From a virus (Duplodnaviria > Caudoviricetes), in the IMG/VR virus record IMGVR_UViG_3300015259_000006, positions 1 to 56,483 of that record: 56,483 nucleotides of DNA, one strand, 5' to 3'. Within the stretch, counting starts at the first letter, position 1. Each line of letters begins with the position of its first letter. The notes beneath the pieces are model-generated. The model had not been told where the DNA came from. It did not search any database and saw only the letters and a list, made by a program, of their open reading frames with translations. A program made the position numbers and the translations under genes. Of the stretch, positions 51,361 to 56,483 are shown piece after piece.

Positions 51361-53082
51361 TCAGATCAACGGCCGTGACTGCTGCCCGTTACCCCAGCCG
51401 AGCGCCAGACCACGGTACTCGACACCCTTCGCCTTGAGGATCTTAACTCGGAAGATCACTCCCTTACCGGATAAACCGGTAGGCCTCAGATGATGGGAGG
51501 TCTTCGCGACGTACGTCTTGTTCCCGACCGTCTTCCCGCTCGCCTTGACTGTCTTCGTCCACGCCGGGGTGGTCGCCAGATAGGCGTTGTCGTCGCCTGC
51601 CCTGCCCTCGATCGTCCAATCGCTCGTCTCGCTCACCAGAAACAGCGTGAGCTCGTTGAACTCCGACCCCTCGTTGTCGTCACCGACCTGCAACGTCGGC
51701 AGGTAGTGGGGACCGTCGAACTCCATGAGCTTCTGGTAGGTGTCGCCGTCGTCGTCGTCGTTGGCCTGGAGGTTCTCCAACCTGATGTAGCCATCGCCGG
51801 AACCGACGTGGAGATCAGTGCGCCGTTTGCCGAACGGCCGGAGGTTGCCGAGCGCGTAGTCGTCGCGGTCGCGGAGGTCGAAGGTCCAGTCCGGGAAGGA
51901 GGCGCCCTCCCCCACGCTCGGATCGAAGCTCTGGTAGTGGGCGACGTAGTAGCGGGCTTTCGGGGCAACCGGGTACGGGACCAACAGCTTGAAGAGCCGT
52001 TGGCCGCGGTCGTCGGCCGCCGCGCAATCCTCGAACGCCGCCGGCTCCGCCGCGTAGGCGTCGCGCCAGTTGGACTGCAGGTCCCGGTGCATGAGCGGCC
52101 TGAACCCGGCGCCCGGGATGTAGACGTAGACGCCGAGCTCGCTCGGGAACCAGAGAATCTCGTTGATGTTGACGATGCCGAAGTGGCTCGTGAGGCCGAT
52201 CGAGGGGCTCAGCTTGTAGATCCGGAGGTCCGTTTCGTCCCATCCCTGGATGGCGTAGGACACCGTCTGGCCGAAGCTCACGATGTGGTCGCCCGCGGCA
52301 CCGCCCCCGACGACGGTCTCCGTCTCGAGGTGCTCGACGTAGTTGAGGCTCCCGACGGACTCGAACTCGTGCAACTCGGAGTACCACCACCGAGCCGGGT
52401 GGGATGGGTCGCCACTGTACCACGCGCGGTGGTGGTACTTGACGACGAATCGCGTGGACGGAGGGACGCCCCTGGCCTGCTTCAGGTTGCTGTCCGAATC
52501 GACCGGCGGCGGATCCCCCAGCGCCCCTGTCGCGGTGTTCTCGGTGTACGAGGTGATGGAGATCCCCAGCTCGACAACCTCCTTCGGCAACGCGCCGTCG
52601 ACGGACGCGAAGAGCACGACGTGGGTCACCCTGCTCTCAGGGGCCGCGCCCGGGAGCGCCCAGACCCGCTGCTCGGTGCCGGTGAGTGTCAGCGTGGCGG
52701 AGCCAGGGGACAGGTTGCTCTCGTGGATGATCGTGCCGCCGTCCTTGTGGCGGAACGCGATGTAGCCGATGTGGTTGCCGACCAGCGCACCGCCCACCGC
52801 CGACGTCAGTCCCGGAGCGGCGTCCGGAGGCGCGATGCCGGCCACATGGAGGGTCCTGAACTCGGTCAGGACCAGGAGCTTGTTCCACTGCCCGGCGATG
52901 TAGTGGCGGTGGTGCTGATCCTCGACGTGGCTTGGCCTGCGATTCAGTCCGGTAATGCCCTCCGGAATCGAAATCTCGGTGAAGACGCCGGAACCTTCGA
53001 CCGCACAGTAGAGATGTCCGACGCCGAGGACGTCGGTCGTGGTGTTCGGATCGCGCGTGGTGACGATGTCGAGGGCTGGCAT
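51361..53082 (-). CDS. Tail nozzle/stabilisation protein (P22 gp10/T7 gp12-like)
   Basis: AGIAPP, YHHRAWY...RWWYSE, IG..S..GIV..N..LWF.SE.GVY propeller-type segments; position. Confidence 0.7.
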   Translation of the reverse strand: MPALDIVTTRDPNTTTDVLGVGHLYCAVEGSGVFTEISIPEGITGLNRRPSHVEDQHHRHYIAGQWNKLLVLTEFRTLHVAGIAPPDAAPGLTSAVGGALVGNHIGYIAFRHKDGGTIIHESNLSPGSATLTLTGTEQRVWALPGAAPESRVTHVVLFASVDGALPKEVVELGISITSYTENTATGALGDPPPVDSDSNLKQARGVPPSTRFVVKYHHRAWYSGDPSHPARWWYSELHEFESVGSLNYVEHLETETVVGGGAAGDHIVSFGQTVSYAIQGWDETDLRIYKLSPSIGLTSHFGIVNINEILWFPSELGVYVYIPGAGFRPLMHRDLQSNWRDAYAAEPAAFEDCAAADDRGQRLFKLLVPYPVAPKARYYVAHYQSFDPSVGEGASFPDWTFDLRDRDDYALGNLRPFGKRRTDLHVGSGDGYIRLENLQANDDDDGDTYQKLMEFDGPHYLPTLQVGDDNEGSEFNELTLFLVSETSDWTIEGRAGDDNAYLATTPAWTKTVKASGKTVGNKTYVAKTSHHLRPTGLSGKGVIFRVKILKAKGVEYRGLALGWGNGQQSRPLI

Positions 53083-53086
53083 TGGC

Positions 53087-54430
53087 TCACATCACAGCGC
53101 CGGACTGGTACATTCCGGTGCCTGCACTGGCGATCAAGCCGAGCGTGTCCTCGATCTTCTTGTGGTGGGCGTCATGCTTTGTCCACGGAGCGGCGGTGTT
53201 AAAGCCGGGAGACGAGAACACCGTGAAGGGACAGTCGCCATAGAGGGCGTCCGACAGGACGGCTCGCAACTTGCCATCAAAGACGCCCAAGAACGAGTTG
53301 AACGCGATGCCTTGGACGAGTGGGAACTGAGCGAACAGGTTCTTGTGCGTATCGTCCCATGTGGTGCCATCGAAGCGGCCGACGTACAGCCCGTCGAGGG
53401 TCAGTGTGCCTGGGTTCCAGTCTTCGTAGAGGTAGTAGAGGTAGCCGTTGAAGACCGTCGGCAGACAGAAGAGGTCGGAGGTGCCAGCCGGGAGAGTGTG
53501 GACCGTGGTGACCGTTGTACCGACGATCTTTATTACCGCGGGCGACCCAGTCTCACCCTCCTGGCCAAACGCATAGATGGCGTCCTCGTACACCACGGGC
53601 TGTCCGAGGCTGGTGAAGTTGGCAATGGATGGTGTCAGGGTAGACCATGCGCCAGCGTACCGCCTGCGGATCTTCGTGGTCGTGGCTGTGGCCTTGCCGC
53701 CGCGAACCATGTAGAGCTCCGAACCCAAGGCTCGAAGATGGGGAGTCCCGCGCTCGGAGTTGAGGGCGAACGGGGTGTCGTCTTCTACAATCGCGCCGCC
53801 CGAATAGCGGTAGACGCGGCAGGCGCTGTACGTGCCTGATCCCACACTGAAGAAGATCGTCCCGCCCAAACGCTCGATGTCGCAGAACGTGGCGGTCCCA
53901 CTCACCCTGTCGACACTCGCGAGAGTGGTGGGCGCCCCGCCTCTCGAGAAGCTCTTCAGGTAGTTCTTGGTTTCGTCGAACCCTCCAATCCACATGAACC
54001 CGTCGCCGAAGCTGGCCAGCGCTACATCGGCCGTCCTGATGATGTCGTAGGGTTGGCGACGAAGGACTGGCTGCTGGTCCTCGCTGAAGTAGTAGAAGCC
54101 GATGTACTTGCTGTCTCCACCGAGGAGGTAGAGCTTCTCGCTGCCGATCTCGGTCGCGCCACCGACGCCAATGTCTGAGCACCAGGCACCCACGGGGACA
54201 TCCGTCGAAAACTCGAACTCGCTCGAGAAGATGCCCTGGACTCTACCGCTGAGGGCGCCGGTGTTGAACTTCGACTGCCCACCGCGGCTCACCAGGCGGC
54301 CACCCTGGTACCGCACGTTGACGGCGTTGCGGAACATGTTCGGGGGGATGGCGCCTGGATCGCACTCCTGCCGGACGCCGCCGAACCTGGGGATGTCCTG
54401 GCCCCCGACGCGATGGATGAACTTGCCCAC
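53087..54430 (-). CDS. Virion/tail protein, beta-propeller-like
   Basis: FGGV...DPGAIP...AVNVRY N-terminus; repeated VYE/VFNG.LY blades. Confidence 0.65.
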   Translation of the reverse strand: MGKFIHRVGGQDIPRFGGVRQECDPGAIPPNMFRNAVNVRYQGGRLVSRGGQSKFNTGALSGRVQGIFSSEFEFSTDVPVGAWCSDIGVGGATEIGSEKLYLLGGDSKYIGFYYFSEDQQPVLRRQPYDIIRTADVALASFGDGFMWIGGFDETKNYLKSFSRGGAPTTLASVDRVSGTATFCDIERLGGTIFFSVGSGTYSACRVYRYSGGAIVEDDTPFALNSERGTPHLRALGSELYMVRGGKATATTTKIRRRYAGAWSTLTPSIANFTSLGQPVVYEDAIYAFGQEGETGSPAVIKIVGTTVTTVHTLPAGTSDLFCLPTVFNGYLYYLYEDWNPGTLTLDGLYVGRFDGTTWDDTHKNLFAQFPLVQGIAFNSFLGVFDGKLRAVLSDALYGDCPFTVFSSPGFNTAAPWTKHDAHHKKIEDTLGLIASAGTGMYQSGAVM

Positions 54431-54433
54431 GGC

Positions 54434-54961
54434 TCACCTCACGGTCCGGGAGAGACGCACGCTGTGCGCCGCCGCCGCGATCTTGTCCACGTAGGGCTGG
54501 TTCCGGAACGGCCCGCCCGGAGGGTTGCGCCAGGGGCCTCCGTTGTAGCGGGCGAGGGCGCTGGGGACGTGCAGCCCGGTCGCCTGCAGCTCGGACCAGA
54601 GAATCCGGATGCCGAACGAGATGTTGGTGACGGGGAGGAGCATGAAGCCGAAGTTCATCGGGGTGCCGCGTGGGACGCCGCAGAGGACGCGGACGTTGTA
54701 TCCCATCACCTGCATGAGCCCGTAGCTGCGGTCGTCTTCGAGAAGGTCGTCGTCGTGCCCCGGCGTGTCGGCGTCGGCGGTGGCCGGGACGTCCTGGTGT
54801 TTCTCGTAGCGCATCGCCTTCGGGTTACCCGCGCTCTCGACGAGGATCATGCCCTCGAGCCACTCGCCGGGCGAGTAGAGCTCGTCCTTGACCATCCAGG
54901 CGGGGAGGCCGACGACTGCCGCAGCGGCGTCGAGGAGTGCGCGGTAGCGGGCGGTGGGCAC
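54434..54961 (-). CDS. Lytic transglycosylase (SLT family)
   Basis: ILVESAGNP.A.RYE, SYGLMQVMG, ALARYNGG, YVDKI. Confidence 0.92.
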   Translation of the reverse strand: MPTARYRALLDAAAAVVGLPAWMVKDELYSPGEWLEGMILVESAGNPKAMRYEKHQDVPATADADTPGHDDDLLEDDRSYGLMQVMGYNVRVLCGVPRGTPMNFGFMLLPVTNISFGIRILWSELQATGLHVPSALARYNGGPWRNPPGGPFRNQPYVDKIAAAAHSVRLSRTVR

Positions 54962-54970
54962 GAGTCCTCC

Positions 54971-55441
54971 TTACTGGTTACAGGCCCCACAGCCGGCGCC
55001 GAGGCCGAGGAGGGTACACAGCGCGTCCCGGTTGGTCTGGCTGGCAGCGCAGTACGAGGCGAGCGTCACCGCATCCCGGCGCACCTGTTCTGCGTAGTAT
55101 TCCGGTGCCCGGACCCGGATCATCTCGTTGGTGACGAACCCTTCCCTCCCAACCAGGGTAGCGGGGTAGATCCGGGCTCGGGCCGCGACGGCGTCGAGAT
55201 TGGTGCAGGACGAGCCCCCCGCCACTCCGAGGACGACGCAGGCCTGGGCCTGGGTACAGGTCGAAGGAAGGGAGGCACGGGTGCAGACATCGGTGTTCTG
55301 CTGGACCCGGCCCAGCTCCAGCATCCCCACGAGGGAGTTGCGGTTGGTTGTGGTGCCGCCGACGGTGACGGTGTAGGTCTCCTGAGCGGAGGCCAGCGAG
55401 GCGGAGAGAATCACGAGGACGGCAAGGATCAAACGGTTCAT
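54971..55441 (-). CDS. Secreted Cys-rich protein
   Basis: Signal peptide MNRLILAVLVILSASLASA|Q; 8 Cys; GGAGG RBS. Confidence 0.8.
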   Translation of the reverse strand: MNRLILAVLVILSASLASAQETYTVTVGGTTTNRNSLVGMLELGRVQQNTDVCTRASLPSTCTQAQACVVLGVAGGSSCTNLDAVAARARIYPATLVGREGFVTNEMIRVRAPEYYAEQVRRDAVTLASYCAASQTNRDALCTLLGLGAGCGACNQ

Positions 55442-55449
55442 GGAGCCTC

Positions 55450-56481
55450 CTACTGGCAGACGACCTCATTCTCTGAAAAATTCATCACTGAGAAAGTTGC
55501 TCTCACCTTAACCGGCACAATCGTCGTCCATGTGGGCGTGAGCTTGACCGATACGACGTTCGTCGCGACCGTCACTGTCGGGGTGGACGCGAGGGTGCCA
55601 CTGGAGTTGCTCTGCACCGGGTTGACGATCGTGCTCATCGTGGCAGCCACAGTCCCAGATGCGTTATTCCACGAGACATGGATGGTGCCCGTGTCGGCAT
55701 TGGCGGCCGTCGCCGAGTTCGCCGACACGTTGTAGAAGATCGTGAGGCCGCCGCTCTCTGGGGAGAATGTGGAGGCGGTCACGATGGTCTGCGCCGTGGC
55801 GCTTGTAGTCGAGAGCATCTTGGTTCCGCAGAGAACAAACATGCCCACCTGCGCCTGGGCCGCGGTCCCGGAAACCGTTGACGCGCTGGAGCGGTTGAGG
55901 ATGAGCGGGGCCGGAACGGCGTTGCCTCGCCCGACGCCGGGCCGCAGCGTGAAGGAGGCACCCGCCGTGTCGCTCGTGCCCACCGCCACGCCCTGCGCCT
56001 GGAAGGTCTGGTTGATGGGGGTGGCGGAGTCGGCGCCGCCTTGCTGGAGAGTGGCGGCTCCACCACGCCCAAGGTAGGTGTCGGCACCAAACACGAGCTT
56101 TCCGGTAGTATTCACAAGAGAAAGATCATTGCTGAGGCCGATCACCGCTGAGGAACCAGCAGTCACAAATAGTGTGGCAGACAACCGGTAAAACCCAAGA
56201 CCGGGTGCAAACTGCAAACTTGGATTCGCCTGAGTCCCTTCAGCGAGGAGGGCAGGGCCGTAGAACCTCGACCCGCTGTTCACCGTCAGGTTCCCATCCA
56301 CTGTCAGATCCCCCGTGGCATCGGTGAGGGCTTGGACAGAGATGGCGGTGATCGTGAAGCGGGTCGTGGTCGGCGTCGGCGTGACGATGAGCGAGGCTGT
56401 AGTCACGGCGGTGGCGTACCACGTCGAGGTCCCGGCAGCGGTGATCGGCGTGAGCGTCGTGCCCCCGAGGGTCCACGTAAA
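55450..56481 (-). CDS. Tail fibre/spike-like protein, 5' end beyond the window
   Basis: Frame open to the right edge (FTWTLGGTTLTP...); Thr/Gly/Ser-rich; GDLTVDGNLTV and GTQANPSLQF fibre motifs. Confidence 0.7.
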   Translation of the reverse strand, partial: FTWTLGGTTLTPITAAGTSTWYATAVTTASLIVTPTPTTTRFTITAISVQALTDATGDLTVDGNLTVNSGSRFYGPALLAEGTQANPSLQFAPGLGFYRLSATLFVTAGSSAVIGLSNDLSLVNTTGKLVFGADTYLGRGGAATLQQGGADSATPINQTFQAQGVAVGTSDTAGASFTLRPGVGRGNAVPAPLILNRSSASTVSGTAAQAQVGMFVLCGTKMLSTTSATAQTIVTASTFSPESGGLTIFYNVSANSATAANADTGTIHVSWNNASGTVAATMSTIVNPVQSNSSGTLASTPTVTVATNVVSVKLTPTWTTIVPVKVRATFSVMNFSENEVVCQ

Positions 56482-56483
56482 GC

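Overview
High-GC tailed-phage DNA, almost all on the minus strand, with a podovirus-like layout. It looks like most of a circularly permuted genome: both edges cut structural genes and no major capsid gene is visible. From right to left: tail, lytic transglycosylase and ejection genes; a 3837-aa polyvalent DarB-like protein (InPase, GGDEF, N6-adenine MTase, strawberry-notch SF2 helicase); fibre genes; divergent promoters (Cro-like HTH versus HNH); recombination and replication genes (SbcCD, two MTases, an initiator with 21-bp iterons, NinG-like); an inverted plus-strand operon with RadC; TerS; intein-containing TerL; portal; about 8 kb of small accessory genes; and a probable scaffold gene. 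No integrase or CI-like repressor is recognisable. The main signal is genes hidden in the +1 frame inside other genes, each with its own candidate expression signals. One is a complete HNH endonuclease out of frame inside the TerL intein. Two are small genes overprinted just after the GGDEF and MTase domains of the giant protein. Also notable: an HNH cassette that appears to have cut off the start of sbcD and supplied a recoded one, a tRNA-shaped 176-nt RNA candidate, and a possible antitermination switch before the head genes. All calls come from reading motifs by eye; no database searches were run.
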